This document shows positions 31,306 to 42,380 of a DNA stretch of 64,000 nucleotides, piece by piece. Within the stretch, counting starts at the first letter, position 1; each line of letters starts with the position of its first letter. The notes under the pieces were generated by a model. The model was not told where the DNA came from, made no database searches, and saw only the letters and a list, made by a program, of their open reading frames with translations. The position numbers and the translations under genes were made by a program. Where the stretch lies: the NCBI GenBank assembly GCA_963662285.2, contig CAXXMV010000002.1, positions 928,001 to 992,000 of the forward strand, given 5' to 3'. This DNA is from a bacterium. GTDB taxonomy: Bacteria; Hinthialibacterota; Hinthialibacteria; Hinthialibacterales; Hinthialibacteraceae.

Positions 31306-31379
31306 TCGGGGCGGAGAGATTCGAACTCCCGACCCACTGCTCCCAAAGCAGTTGCGCTACCAGGCTGCGCTACGCCCCG
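31306..31379 (-). tRNA. tRNA-Pro(TGG), CCA not encoded
   Basis: CGGGGCGTAGCGCAGCCTGGTAGCGCAACTGC-TTTGGGA-GCAGTGGGTCGGGAGTTCGAATCTCTCCGCCCCGA folds as a cloverleaf with anticodon TGG. Confidence 0.96.
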
Positions 31380-31683
31380 AATTATATTGTCTTTACCATC
31401 GCAACGTATTATTACCGCCGCGAATGCGGATTGTAGCCTAAACCATCTTTTGACTCAATCCTCGGAGTGCGCTGAGACTTCAATTATTGTACATCTTTTT
31501 TTGTACGGCGTCCCTATCATTTCCAATCGCGTCTCAAATCTCTGTTTTGTTGGCTTCATATTATCGATTGAGTAGAATTTATTTATACTGGATAAAATGC
31601 ACAAACACCGGTTATAGATCAAAAAAATAAAAATATTAAAGAATTCGCTGATATTAGCCTTTCTGCTTTTTACAATATCCTTT

Positions 31684-33795
31684 ATGTCGGGATCAAGCGG
31701 TTTTGAAAAGGAAAATCCGATGAATACTACTGAAGAATTCATGCACACTAATCGATTGATCGATTCAATCAGCCCATACCTTCTGCAGCATGCCCATAAT
31801 CCGGTTGATTGGCATCCCTGGGGAGACGTTGCATTGCAAAAAGCCCGTGAGTTAGAAAAGCCTATCTTTCTCAGCATAGGTTATTCCGCCTGTCACTGGT
31901 GTCATGTCATGGAGCGCGAAAGCTTTGAAAATCTCGAAACCGCCGCTCTGATGAATCAATACTTCATCTGCATCAAAGTAGACCGCGAAGAACGCCCCGA
32001 TCTGGACGAGATTTACATGAGCGCCGTGCAGGCCATGACCGGTTCGGGCGGGTGGCCGATGTCCGTCTTTTTAACTCCTGATCTTAAGCCGTTTTTCGGT
32101 GGTACCTATTTTCCACCCCGGGATATGCAAGGTCGTCCCGGATTTCCCGGTCTGCTTAAATCCGTCGGAGAATTCTACACAGCCCATCGCCAGGAAATTA
32201 ACCAGAGCGCTGAACAACTTACCCAACGCATTAAAGAGATGATGGCTACGCCTAAGAGTGACGCTAAGGTGGATTATTCGACTATAGAACATTGCGTCAA
32301 AGAGTTATCGGCCAGGTTTGATCCGGCCTACGGTGGTTTCGGTCCCGCTCCTAAATTTCCCCACAGCATGGATATTGCCCTTTTGCTGAGATACGTAAAA
32401 AAGACTGGAGATGAAAAAGTTTTGCAGATGGCCGAATTTAGTCTGGAAAAAATGGCCCGAGGCGGGATGTATGATCAGATAGGTGGAGGATTTCATCGAT
32501 ACTCAACCGACGCTCAGTGGTTGATTCCCCATTTCGAGAAGATGCTATACGATAATGCTCTGCTGGCCAAAACCTACACCGAAGCCTATCAATTTACCAA
32601 AAATCCCTTTTATAAAAAGATTGTGCAAGATACTCTGGATTACGTCCTGCGCGAAATGACGTCGCCTGAAGGCGGCTTCTATTCGGCGCAGGATGCTGAC
32701 AGTGAAGGCCGGGAAGGAATATTTTTCAGTTGGACTCCAGAACAGATCACTGGGGTTGTCGGTGAAGAAAATGCACCAATTGTCATGCGGTATTTCGGTT
32801 TTCAAAAAGGCGGCAACTTTGAAGAGGGAACCAGCGTCCTGCACAGACCGGAAGATGCTGCAATAATAGAAAAGGCTTTCGGAATTTCCAGTGAGCAATT
32901 ATTACAAATTATTGATGAAGCCAAAAAGAAACTTTTCCATGAACGCGAAAAACGAATCAAACCGGGACGCGATGAGAAAATCCTGACGGACTGGAACGGT
33001 CTAATGATTTCAGCCATGGCTTTTGCTGGTAATGCTTTGGCCGAGCCTAAATATATCGATGCAGCCAGCAACGCCAGCCGTTTTATATCCAGAAATCTAT
33101 CGAATGAATCAGGCTTGTATCATACCTACAAAGATGGCCGCGCTCATATAAACGGCTTTTTAAGCGACTACTCGTTTATGATTCATGGGCTGCTGGATAC
33201 CTATGAAGCGAGTCGCAATCCTGAATTGCTTAAACAATCCATAGATTTGTCGAGAGTGATGATTACCCGTTTCTGGGATGATGAGCAGGGCGCATTCTTT
33301 TTTACTTCGAATAATCATGAAAAACTGATTGCGCGATCAAAAAATCCAATGGATAACGCTATCCCTTCCGGTAACTCCATAGCCATTCTCTGTTTACTGC
33401 GTATCTCGGAGATGACAGGAGATGCAGGGTTCCGCGAAAAAGCCCATCAGAGTTTGGCCTTCTTCTCAACTAGCCTAAGTCGTATGCCCAGCGTCTTTAC
33501 TCAGATGCTGGCTGCCTTGGATTTCCATCTTGGAGCGCCGCAGGAAATCGTTTTGGCTGGCAAAGACGACGTGAGTCTAACCGAAATGCAGCATTCAATC
33601 TTTGCTGATTTTTATCCTAACAAGGTTGTACTATATTCCCACCCGGCAGTGGCCGAGAAACTGACATCACTCGCGCAAGTTGTTGAAGGCAAAACGCAGT
33701 TGAATGGCTCTTCCACTGCTTATGTGTGTCAGGATTTCTCCTGTCGTCAGCCAGTCTCTTCGATTACTGAATTAAAAGAGCAACTTGAGCATTAA
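31684..33795 (+). CDS. thioredoxin-domain DUF255 (YyaL/SSP411) protein; start probably 31720 or 31741
   Basis: [44 protein letters not shown]. Confidence 0.95.
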   Translation: MSGSSGFEKENPMNTTEEFMHTNRLIDSISPYLLQHAHNPVDWHPWGDVALQKARELEKPIFLSIGYSACHWCHVMERESFENLETAALMNQYFICIKVDREERPDLDEIYMSAVQAMTGSGGWPMSVFLTPDLKPFFGGTYFPPRDMQGRPGFPGLLKSVGEFYTAHRQEINQSAEQLTQRIKEMMATPKSDAKVDYSTIEHCVKELSARFDPAYGGFGPAPKFPHSMDIALLLRYVKKTGDEKVLQMAEFSLEKMARGGMYDQIGGGFHRYSTDAQWLIPHFEKMLYDNALLAKTYTEAYQFTKNPFYKKIVQDTLDYVLREMTSPEGGFYSAQDADSEGREGIFFSWTPEQITGVVGEENAPIVMRYFGFQKGGNFEEGTSVLHRPEDAAIIEKAFGISSEQLLQIIDEAKKKLFHEREKRIKPGRDEKILTDWNGLMISAMAFAGNALAEPKYIDAASNASRFISRNLSNESGLYHTYKDGRAHINGFLSDYSFMIHGLLDTYEASRNPELLKQSIDLSRVMITRFWDDEQGAFFFTSNNHEKLIARSKNPMDNAIPSGNSIAILCLLRISEMTGDAGFREKAHQSLAFFSTSLSRMPSVFTQMLAALDFHLGAPQEIVLAGKDDVSLTEMQHSIFADFYPNKVVLYSHPAVAEKLTSLAQVVEGKTQLNGSSTAYVCQDFSCRQPVSSITELKEQLEH

Positions 33796-33837
33796 GAGTG
33801 CATTTTGTTGTTTTTTACTTTTTTTCTTCAACAATAC

Positions 33838-33863
33838 ATAGGGCACGCCTCTTGTGGGCGCCC
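33838..33863. repeat. degenerate GTAG-type REP-like palindrome
   Basis: ATAGGGCACGCCTCTTGTGGGCGCCC. Confidence 0.45.
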
Positions 33864-34037
33864 GGAATTTCCAATAACCAGTTATAATAGAATATTCCTG
33901 AATAATTCTAGTCAAAACAATGAATCAACAGTTATCCATAATCCGGTGAAATTTTGAACCAGATGAAAAAATCTTAATCGCAGTTATAATGATTATAGAA
34001 ATCGTTTCTTCTTATAATCCAACAGGAATCTAACAAC

Positions 34038-34982
34038 ATGCTATTCGATATTCTTTATATTCTCTTAGGTGCAGCATTATTATATTTCGGCGGTGAAGGG
34101 TTGGTGCGTGGAGCGTCTTCATTAGCTCGCGCCTTGGGCGTTTCTTCTCTGGTTATCGGGCTTACCGTCGTCGCTTTCGCCACGTCCTGTCCCGAATTAT
34201 TCTCAGCATTAGTTGCAGCCTTAAAAGATGAACCTGATATAGCCCTGGGCACGGTGGTTGGTTCGAATATCGCTAATATAGGTCTAGTGCTGGGTTTAAC
34301 CGCTATCATTTTCCCCTTGGCGGCGCAGCGTAAATTTATACGGCGTGAAGTGCCAATCATGATTCTATCAGGCGCTTTGCTCTTTCCCATCTGCTGGAAT
34401 GGCGTTATCGGACGAAGCGAAGGCGCTTTTTTTATATTTCTCCTAATTGGATTTCTGCTCTATCAGGTTCGTAGAAGCCGTCAGGATTCTGAGAATCATC
34501 CTTTGGAAGAAACAATCGAAAAGATGCCGCCTCAATTGGGACGTTCAATTGTCTTTATCGTTGTAGGAATAGTAATGCTGGTATTCGGCGCACATTACCT
34601 TATCGAAGGCGCGTCAGCCATCGCTACAAAGATTGGAATTTCTAAACACGTCATCGGGCTAACCCTGGTCGCTTTTGGAACCAGTCTGCCCGAAATTGCC
34701 AGCAGCATCATCGCTGCTATCAGGCGAGAACCTGATATGGTCTTAGGTAATCTGGTCGGCTCAAACATCTTTAATGTACTCTGCATCCTGGGAATCACTA
34801 CCACTATCTGCCCCATTTCGGTCAATTGGTCTAAGTCGGTTATAGATTTATCGGTGATGCTGCTGATAACATTCCTGGTATTTCCTTTCCTTTCCTCCGG
34901 ATACCGTCTCCAGCGCCGCGAGGGTTTTGTTTTGGTATCTCTCTACGTGATTTATGCCGGTTATCTTTTTACTACTGCTTAA
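34038..34982 (+). CDS. Ca2+/Na+ antiporter (YrbG family)
   Basis: Two alpha repeats ATSCPE / GTSLPE and GSNIANI / GSNIFN. Confidence 0.93.
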   Translation: MLFDILYILLGAALLYFGGEGLVRGASSLARALGVSSLVIGLTVVAFATSCPELFSALVAALKDEPDIALGTVVGSNIANIGLVLGLTAIIFPLAAQRKFIRREVPIMILSGALLFPICWNGVIGRSEGAFFIFLLIGFLLYQVRRSRQDSENHPLEETIEKMPPQLGRSIVFIVVGIVMLVFGAHYLIEGASAIATKIGISKHVIGLTLVAFGTSLPEIASSIIAAIRREPDMVLGNLVGSNIFNVLCILGITTTICPISVNWSKSVIDLSVMLLITFLVFPFLSSGYRLQRREGFVLVSLYVIYAGYLFTTA

Positions 34983-35123
34983 CTCCATTACCTGTATAAC
35001 CTTTGTTTATTATCACCATTTTATGAAACAGATTTTATTATATGCTTCGTGACAGTTTTTGACGTCTATGGATAGTGGTTTCTATATGTGATGCTATCTT
35101 AATATATAGACAGGAGAGTTGTC

Positions 35124-35711
35124 ATGCATATAATAAAACAATATGGATTCACCCTGATTGAATTGTTGATCGTCGTCGCCATCATCGGAATTCTTGCCGC
35201 TATTGCAGTTCCAAATTTTCTTAATGCTCAAATGAAAGCCAAAATCGCTCGAACCGCCGCCGATATGAAGGCCGTCTCCACATCGTTGGAGCAGTATTAT
35301 CTTGATTGGAACAGTTACGTCGAAGATCATGACTATCCCACAGATACTACTCAAAGAGGTCTTTTTCGATTAACAACCCCAATGTCTTACATGTCTGCGC
35401 TTCCCCTGGATGCGTTTGCAACGGGTCATACGCAGAGTTTCTCCGAAAATAATCCAAATTACGAATTTGGATCAGGTAATGCTGGAAAAGCAGGTAAGCA
35501 ATGGCCCGCTCAAGCTTATATCATAATTTCCGCCGGTCCTGATCTTGATGAACAGGTTGATGGAAATGATGGCTTTCCCTTTGGCGTAACAATCTTCAGT
35601 TACGATCCCAGTAACGGCCTGTCCAGCAGCGGCGATATCACCGTTTTGGGTGGACGTTGGAACTCCGGTCGTATTTTGCGGGATAATAAATGGATCGCTG
35701 GTGGAAATTAA
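35124..35711 (+). CDS. prepilin-type N-terminal cleavage/methylation protein
   Basis: G|FTLIELLIVVAIIGILAAIAVPNF; C-terminal SAGPD...YDPSNG..S.GDI. Confidence 0.93.
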   Translation: MHIIKQYGFTLIELLIVVAIIGILAAIAVPNFLNAQMKAKIARTAADMKAVSTSLEQYYLDWNSYVEDHDYPTDTTQRGLFRLTTPMSYMSALPLDAFATGHTQSFSENNPNYEFGSGNAGKAGKQWPAQAYIIISAGPDLDEQVDGNDGFPFGVTIFSYDPSNGLSSSGDITVLGGRWNSGRILRDNKWIAGGN

Positions 35712-35748
35712 AGGGGATTGTTTACAAAAAAAAACAGATCAAACAATA

Positions 35749-35781
35749 GTACAAAGTCCCAGAATAAAAGGGACTTTGTAC
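35749..35781. terminator. hairpin between convergent genes
   Basis: GTACAAAGTCCC-N9-GGGACTTTGTAC, perfect 12-bp stem. Confidence 0.65.
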
Positions 35782-35833
35782 AAATTATATGTTTTGAATA
35801 AATATATGCTTGCGTAAAACGTTTTAGAACTAT

Positions 35834-36952
35834 TTATCCCTTACCATATTCCTTGGCCAGGCGCTGAAGAATTTCGATGCCCCGTTCGATATTTCTGTTA
35901 TCTGATGCATACGAAATTCTGAAATGACTGCTTCGCTCAGAAAATACGCTTCCGGGAACAATCAGCATATTGTTCTCTATGGCTTTCTTTACAAATGCGT
36001 CGCCGTCGCCATTGGGCGCTTCAGGGAAAATGTAAAAAGCTCCGCCGGGTTTTACTACGTTATAGTAAGGCTTCAAGCCTTCATAAATCTTATCCCGCTT
36101 CTCCCGGTAATCATTGCGGAACTCTTCTTTTGATATATCCAGCGCGACCAGTCCGGCGTATTGGGTAAAACTGGGCGCGCAGACGAATGAATACATCTGG
36201 ATATTGATCATGGCGTTGATTATTTCTTGGTTGCCATAAGCATAGCCCAACCGCCATCCGGTCATGGCTGAGGATTTGGAGAATCCAGATAGGATTAGAG
36301 TATCCGGATAATATTGCGCTGGAGATATTAGTTTATCTTCATAAAGAAAATCTTCATAAATTTCATCTGAGATAATCAATATGCCGTGTTTGGCGGCGAC
36401 TTGGGTTACCGCTTTGACCGTATCTTCAGTATAGACTGTACCCGTTGGATTGCTGGGGCTGTTGAGCAGAATTACTTTAGTGCGCGGCGTAATCAAACTT
36501 TCAATCTTATCAGCATCAATTTGGAAATCAGGATATGTATCGAGGTAAACAGGTTTCGCTCCGATAAAATTAACCAGATGCTTATACATGACGAAGTATG
36601 GATCGGGTATGATTATCTCATCGCCTTCATCCAACATGGCCATGAAGGATAGCAACAGGCCGCCCGATACTCCGGAGGTGATCATTACCTCGCCCGAATC
36701 GATCCCGTGTCCCTGGTAGATGCCTCGAACTTTCTCGCGTAGTTCTGGTATTCCGGCGGTCAGGGTATAACTGTTCCTACCTGAATGAATCGCCCGAATT
36801 GCTTCTTCCTTAACTTCATCTGGAATATCAAAATGAGGCTGACCGATTGACAGATTGCATGGGTCTTTCAAATCAGCGGCTAACGCAAATACTTTTCGGA
36901 TGCCGGATGAGTCAATGCGCGACGTTCGTTGTGCGAGTTTTACCATTATCAA
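35834..36952 (-). CDS. class I/II PLP aminotransferase
   Basis: NLSIGQP, NSPSNPTG, SDEIY, GFSKSSAMTGWRLG. Confidence 0.93.
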   Translation of the reverse strand: MIMVKLAQRTSRIDSSGIRKVFALAADLKDPCNLSIGQPHFDIPDEVKEEAIRAIHSGRNSYTLTAGIPELREKVRGIYQGHGIDSGEVMITSGVSGGLLLSFMAMLDEGDEIIIPDPYFVMYKHLVNFIGAKPVYLDTYPDFQIDADKIESLITPRTKVILLNSPSNPTGTVYTEDTVKAVTQVAAKHGILIISDEIYEDFLYEDKLISPAQYYPDTLILSGFSKSSAMTGWRLGYAYGNQEIINAMINIQMYSFVCAPSFTQYAGLVALDISKEEFRNDYREKRDKIYEGLKPYYNVVKPGGAFYIFPEAPNGDGDAFVKKAIENNMLIVPGSVFSERSSHFRISYASDNRNIERGIEILQRLAKEYGKG

Positions 36953-37055
36953 CCTCTTTGCTATTTACGTTTATTCTTCCATAAATAAAATTGAATAAAA
37001 TTTCAAAATCATAAAGCATAATACAAGCATCATGTGTACTTGTCGATTACTCTAA

Positions 37056-38372
37056 TTACGCGCCGAAAACTTTTACGCCCTCAACATATGTTTCCTGGAC
37101 TTTGAATGAATATTCATCACCGTTTTTCTTGATTGTACCAACAACCAGATCGGCCTTTTTGCCGACTGCAATACTGCCATCGTCGCGGCAGTTGTCATCT
37201 AACATAGCCTGATGGGTGGCGCAAAGTTTGGCAGCGCGCACAAAGGCTATTTCAGGCGGCATGGCCGGGTGATCATACCAATGCCCCTGAACCGGGTGAG
37301 TCTGTATGGAAACCAGATTACCGAAGGCGCGATCCATGCTTAAAAGACTGCTGCATAGCGTGTTCCGGGGCGCTGCAATTCTCGAACCATCCAGGTTTAA
37401 ATACGCCGTAGCGCTTAGGAAATTCCCGGCTAAATCACGTTTTGCTATAGTTGATCCGATTGCGAACTCTTCTTCAGGGATATCTTGTTTGATCGGGAAT
37501 AGCGCATCAGTCACTGCAATGATTTTATCGAATCCCCAGCGTTGTGCAGTGCGCCGGATAATATCCAGCAGGTAGCGTTCGTCTACATGCTTCCGGTCGA
37601 CAATCAATTCTTTGTGAATCGGCGAATCCATGGCGCCTTCAAAAGCGCCGCCGCCATCGAACGGTTTGAATGACTGGCCGGTTGGCCCATTAGTGAAATG
37701 TACCATGAACTTAAGTCCAGATTCTTCATACGCTTTGCGGATATGGTCAGCTGAAGCTTTGGAATGTCCAGCGCCGACAATTAATCCCAAATCGCTGGCG
37801 TGACGAATGAGTTTAAATGAAGGTTCTCCATAATCGGGCGCAATGTTGATCAGTTTTACCGATCCGGTATTGTATAATCTGTCCAAAGTATGGATGCAGT
37901 CATCTTTAGAAGGAATCAAACAATATTCTGCGGGTTGCGCACCGCGGCATTCTACATTTAAAAACGTTCCTTCGATATTTATTCCCAGCAGTTTTGCGCC
38001 GTTTCGCCCATTGTCTGGATGATCCATCCACTTGCGGGCTGCGTGACAATAGCGTTCCAGAATTTCCAGCGGCGCTCCGAATGTGGCCAGATAAACGCCT
38101 GTAACTCCATCCTGGGCTAATGATTGCATCACTATCCCGAATCGCTCGATCAATGCTTCTTCCGGTTGGGTGGCCGCCATCGTCTGTCCCACCCAATCGT
38201 GGATATGTTGATCCCGGAATCCTGGTAGGATCAATGTTTCTAAACCGCTTGATACCGGGATTTTATCAAGCGCGGCTACTGCTTGGATATCGCTGTCATT
38301 TATAATGATTTCGTGATGTTGTAGATATTCATCTTTTGTAACTATGCTGCCTCGAATGGTGTGATTTACCAT
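37056..38372 (-). CDS. divergent NagA-like amidohydrolase
   Basis: PGFRDQHIH, GINIEGTFL, GAGHS, HFTN, VTDA, GSIAVGKKADLV. Confidence 0.75.
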   Translation of the reverse strand: MVNHTIRGSIVTKDEYLQHHEIIINDSDIQAVAALDKIPVSSGLETLILPGFRDQHIHDWVGQTMAATQPEEALIERFGIVMQSLAQDGVTGVYLATFGAPLEILERYCHAARKWMDHPDNGRNGAKLLGINIEGTFLNVECRGAQPAEYCLIPSKDDCIHTLDRLYNTGSVKLINIAPDYGEPSFKLIRHASDLGLIVGAGHSKASADHIRKAYEESGLKFMVHFTNGPTGQSFKPFDGGGAFEGAMDSPIHKELIVDRKHVDERYLLDIIRRTAQRWGFDKIIAVTDALFPIKQDIPEEEFAIGSTIAKRDLAGNFLSATAYLNLDGSRIAAPRNTLCSSLLSMDRAFGNLVSIQTHPVQGHWYDHPAMPPEIAFVRAAKLCATHQAMLDDNCRDDGSIAVGKKADLVVGTIKKNGDEYSFKVQETYVEGVKVFGA

Positions 38373-38857
38373 GATACTCCCGTTTCTTTATCTTCTTACA
38401 GAGGTTAACTCAAATAGGTAAGTTAATTATGTAAACCTCTTGGCATTATTATTAGCCCAATAATTAAGTCTTTATATACTTTTTGCAATCTTCCGCTGTT
38501 CACTTGTATCTTACTTGTCATCGATAATAAAAAAATGATTTGAGTATATACATAATAATACTTATTTATAGTGCTATTATGGGCACTATAAAAATCATGA
38601 ACAAGCCTTGTCCTTTCTTGAATTAGAGTTATAACTTATTATATATCAATAAGTTCATTAATGAATACGCTGTTAAGACATTCGAAGGAATTTCGATTGG
38701 TCTGAGCTATTTATTATAAATACTTATGAATACGTAGTTTAATTTTTTTTATGACAAAAACACGAACTGCAATTTACATGACTAGCTGATCTGTTATTGT
38801 TATATGACTTGCTTACCTGAAATAATATCCCATTGCATCAAGAAATTGGGAGGCGAA

Positions 38858-39484
38858 ATGAATACTGTTCCAGAATCTCCATTTTTACTTAGGCGTTTTC
38901 AATCACTGCTTGGCATTATCCCCGTTGGGGCCTTTTTGTGTGAACACGCCTTCACCAATAGTCTGGCTTTTTTTTATGGTCCAGAAAAATTCAATGAGGC
39001 GGTAGCCTTTCTGCAAGGGCTTCCATTTGTATATTGCATGGAACTCGGGCTGATTGGCGCTCCAATTTTAATACATGCGCTAATTGGATTTTATATTTGG
39101 ATATTCGGGCAATCCAATATCCAATATTACGGATACCTGCGCAACTGGTTATACAGTTTCCAGCGTTGGACCGGTATCGCGGCTTTTATCTTCATTCTCT
39201 ATCACGTTTATAAACTGAGGTTGGAGTGGGCCATTAAGGGTGATATCGAGCATATCAGCTTTGCGTATGTCCAAACCTATTTTGACAGCCTGTTTAACAT
39301 CGGCTTTTATACTATCGGTGTTGCGGCGTGCGTTTTCCACTTCGCCAACGGGCTTTGGAATTTCCTGGTTAAATGGGGGATTACCGTAGGTGAACGGGCG
39401 CAGATGGCTTCTGGATATGCTTGCAGCGTCATAGGCATCGGCGTCTTTGTGTTATTTATGACTTCGCTTTGCGCTTTCATCTGA
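38858..39484 (+). CDS. sdhC: succinate dehydrogenase cytochrome b subunit (Bacillus-type)
   Basis: RRFQSLLGIIPVGAFL..H, QRWTG...FI..HV, FHFANGLW; SD GGAGG before 38858. Confidence 0.9.
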   Translation: MNTVPESPFLLRRFQSLLGIIPVGAFLCEHAFTNSLAFFYGPEKFNEAVAFLQGLPFVYCMELGLIGAPILIHALIGFYIWIFGQSNIQYYGYLRNWLYSFQRWTGIAAFIFILYHVYKLRLEWAIKGDIEHISFAYVQTYFDSLFNIGFYTIGVAACVFHFANGLWNFLVKWGITVGERAQMASGYACSVIGIGVFVLFMTSLCAFI

Positions 39485-39524
39485 TATTGGGAGAATCCGG
39501 TTACCAAAAAGAGGTTAAACGATC

Positions 39525-41396
39525 ATGGCTCAACCGAAATTTTTAGTTGTCGGCGGCGGACTCGCAGGTTTGATGACCGTCATCAAATTGGCCGAAGCGG
39601 GTCATCATGTGGATATTTTCTCCGTTGTTCCTTGCAAGCGCTCACACTCGGTTTGCGCCCAGGGCGGCATTAATGGAGCGGTTAACACCAAAGGTGAAGG
39701 CGATTCACCTGATATCCATTTTTACGACACGGTCAAAGGCGGCGATTTTCTGGCGCATCAGCCTTTCTGTAAGGATATGTGCTACAAGGCGCCTGCGGTG
39801 GTCTATTTGATGGATCGCATGGGCGTAACCTTTAATCGAACCCCTGAAGGCTTACTCGACTTCCGCCGTTTCGGCGGCACCCTATATAACCGCACGGCAT
39901 TTGCCGGCGCTACCACCGGCCAACAGCTGCTTTATGCGCTCGACGAACAGGTTCGGCGGTTTGAAGTCGATGGATTGGTCAAGAAATATGAAAATCTTGA
40001 ATATCTCGGTATGGTAAAAGACGACAATGGCGTTTGCCGGGGTATAGTTACCACTAACCTTGATACCTTGGAGATAGAATCATATAAGGGCGATGCGGTT
40101 ATTCTGGCCACTGGCGGTCCCGGTCTGGTCTTCGGACGTTCCACCAACTCCATGATCAATACCGGCTCTGCGGCCTCATCGGCCTATCAACAAGGCGTTA
40201 AATACGCCAACGGTGAATTCGTCCAAATCCACCCTACCGCCATACCCGGCTATGATAAACTACGCTTGATGTCCGAATCCGCTCGTGGTGAAGGCGGTCG
40301 CATCTGGGTTCCCCGTAAAAAGGGAGATGAACGCGCTCCGGGCGATATCCCCGAATCAGAACGTTACTACTTCCTCGAAGAAAAATACCCCCGTTTCGGC
40401 AATCTGGTTCCCCGCGATATCGCCGCACAGGAAATTTACGATATCTGCGTCAATCAGGAATCCGGCATCAGCGGCGGCAATATGGTCTACCTCGATTTAA
40501 CTCATATTCCACGCGAAGAGCTTGATCGTAAACTTGCCGGCATCATGGAAATCTATGAAAAATTCGCTGGTGATGATCCACGCGATATTGCTATGAAAAT
40601 TTTCCCCGCTGTGCATTACAGCATGGGCGGTCTTTGGGTTGATTACGAGAAGACTCCTGATGGACTTCTCGATCCGAAAAGTCCCCTTAATCACATGACT
40701 AACATTCCGGGCTTTTTCGCAGTAGGTGAGGTCGATTATCAATATCATGGCGCCAACAGGTTGGGAGCGAATTCATTACTATCATGTTTGACCGGGGGAT
40801 TGGTCGCTGGTCCGGCTATGGTCGAATATTGCAATAACTTAAAAGGTTCGGCAGACGATGTTTCCAGTCAACTGTTTGAATCTGAAGAAAAGAAATGGCA
40901 GGAACGCTTCGAAGCTATCAAGTCTATGGATGGCGATGAAAATCCCTACAAACTTCATCAGGAAATGGGCGAACTGATGATCCGTAATTGCACTATCGTC
41001 CGTAATAACAAAGACTTAAGTGATACGGTCGACTCTCTCAACGATTACACCGAACGATGGAAGAAATGCGACTCGCTTGATACTGGCAAAGCGCGTAACC
41101 ATTCGGTGCTATTCATCAATCAACTCTGGAATATGATCGAACTGGCCAAAGTGGTAGCCAAAGGCGCTCTTCTGCGCGACGAATGCCGGGGCAGCCATCT
41201 CAAGCCCGATTGCAAACTTGATCAGCCCAAGGACGTCAAATCTCCAGAATATGAAGCATTCCTCAAAACCTGGAAAGAACTTAATAAAAAATGGCTCAAG
41301 ACTACTATCGCCCAATGGGTTGAGGATGGTCCGAAGATATCTTACGAAGAAGTCGATACCAGTTTGATTGAACCGGTTCCACGTCGGTATGATTGA
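39525..41396 (+). CDS. sdhA: succinate dehydrogenase flavoprotein
   Basis: GGGLAG, RSHSVCAQGGIN (FAD His), QIHPT, HYSMGG, HGANRLGANSL. Confidence 0.97.
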   Translation: MAQPKFLVVGGGLAGLMTVIKLAEAGHHVDIFSVVPCKRSHSVCAQGGINGAVNTKGEGDSPDIHFYDTVKGGDFLAHQPFCKDMCYKAPAVVYLMDRMGVTFNRTPEGLLDFRRFGGTLYNRTAFAGATTGQQLLYALDEQVRRFEVDGLVKKYENLEYLGMVKDDNGVCRGIVTTNLDTLEIESYKGDAVILATGGPGLVFGRSTNSMINTGSAASSAYQQGVKYANGEFVQIHPTAIPGYDKLRLMSESARGEGGRIWVPRKKGDERAPGDIPESERYYFLEEKYPRFGNLVPRDIAAQEIYDICVNQESGISGGNMVYLDLTHIPREELDRKLAGIMEIYEKFAGDDPRDIAMKIFPAVHYSMGGLWVDYEKTPDGLLDPKSPLNHMTNIPGFFAVGEVDYQYHGANRLGANSLLSCLTGGLVAGPAMVEYCNNLKGSADDVSSQLFESEEKKWQERFEAIKSMDGDENPYKLHQEMGELMIRNCTIVRNNKDLSDTVDSLNDYTERWKKCDSLDTGKARNHSVLFINQLWNMIELAKVVAKGALLRDECRGSHLKPDCKLDQPKDVKSPEYEAFLKTWKELNKKWLKTTIAQWVEDGPKISYEEVDTSLIEPVPRRYD

Positions 41397-41455
41397 TGCT
41401 CTGCAAAAACGATTTCAGTAATAATGGTTTGATAATAGTAGCGAGGTAAATAGCA

Positions 41456-42202
41456 ATGGCCAACATGGTTAAGATTAAAATCAAACGGCAAAAAGATCAG
41501 CGCTCTGAACCTTATTGGGAAGAATTTCAGGTCGATTATCAGCCCAATATGAACGTGATCACTCTTTTACAGGAAATTCAGCGCAATCCGGTTACTACCG
41601 ATGGACGTAAAACCACTCCGGTTTCATGGGATTGCAGCTGTCTCGAAGAAGTATGCGGCGCTTGTACGATGGTTATTAATGGAGAAGCGCAACAAGCTTG
41701 CAGCGCTCTAGTCGATAAATTCGAACAGCCAATCATCTTGGAGCCTATGCGTAAGTTCCCTATTATTCATGACTTGGTAGTTAATCGACAACGAATGTTC
41801 GACGCGCTTAAAAAAGTCAAAGCATGGATTCCCATTGACGGCACCTACGACCTTGGACCGGGACCTCGTCAGGCTTCAGCTGATCAAGAGGAAATGTACC
41901 TGTATTCGCGATGCATGACCTGTGGATGTTGCGTAGATTCATGCCCGCAATATACTCCCGATTCGGAATTTGTCGGGCCTTCTGCATTGGGGCAGGTCTT
42001 TCTCTTTAACCAGAATCCAACCGGGAAATTCAATAAAGATGAACGCTTGAATGCTATCATGGGCATAGGCGGCATCCAGGATTGCGGCAACGCCCAAAAC
42101 TGCGTCCGCGTCTGCCCCAAGGAAATCCCTCTTACTACGGGAATCGCGAAACTTAATGGAGCCACGCTAAGCCAAGCGGTAAAAAATTTACTCAAGAAAT
42201 AG
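41456..42202 (+). CDS. sdhB: succinate dehydrogenase Fe-S subunit
   Basis: CLEEVCGAC, CMTCGCCVDSCP, CGNAQNCVRVCP. Confidence 0.97.
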   Translation: MANMVKIKIKRQKDQRSEPYWEEFQVDYQPNMNVITLLQEIQRNPVTTDGRKTTPVSWDCSCLEEVCGACTMVINGEAQQACSALVDKFEQPIILEPMRKFPIIHDLVVNRQRMFDALKKVKAWIPIDGTYDLGPGPRQASADQEEMYLYSRCMTCGCCVDSCPQYTPDSEFVGPSALGQVFLFNQNPTGKFNKDERLNAIMGIGGIQDCGNAQNCVRVCPKEIPLTTGIAKLNGATLSQAVKNLLKK

Positions 42203-42223
42203 TTGTAACCTCGTAAGTTTATA

Positions 42224-42264
42224 AAAAACAGTGGATTCGTTAACATTACGAATCCACTGTTTTT
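42224..42264 (+). terminator. intrinsic terminator after sdhB
   Basis: AAAAACAGTGGATTCGT-loop-ACGAATCCACTGTTTTT. Confidence 0.85.
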
Positions 42265-42313
42265 ATTTGTTTGGAAAATTCGATGGATAAAATAATTGTC
42301 TTGGTTTTCAGAC

Positions 42314-42351
42314 AAAAAACGCCCCCAGGATTGAAACAATCTTGGGGGCGT
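42314..42351 (-). terminator. intrinsic terminator of the 715-aa secreted protein gene
   Basis: ACGCCCCCAGGATTG-AAA-CAATCTTGGGGGCGT with a U-tract on the minus strand. Confidence 0.8.
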
Positions 42352-42380
42352 AAGTTAATCTTAATACGAAACAAGCAATA

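Noticed and set aside
31279-31575. 98-aa ORF
   Set aside because: Antisense reading of the tRNA gene (SGRRDSNSRPTAPKAVALP is a typical tRNA shadow translation)
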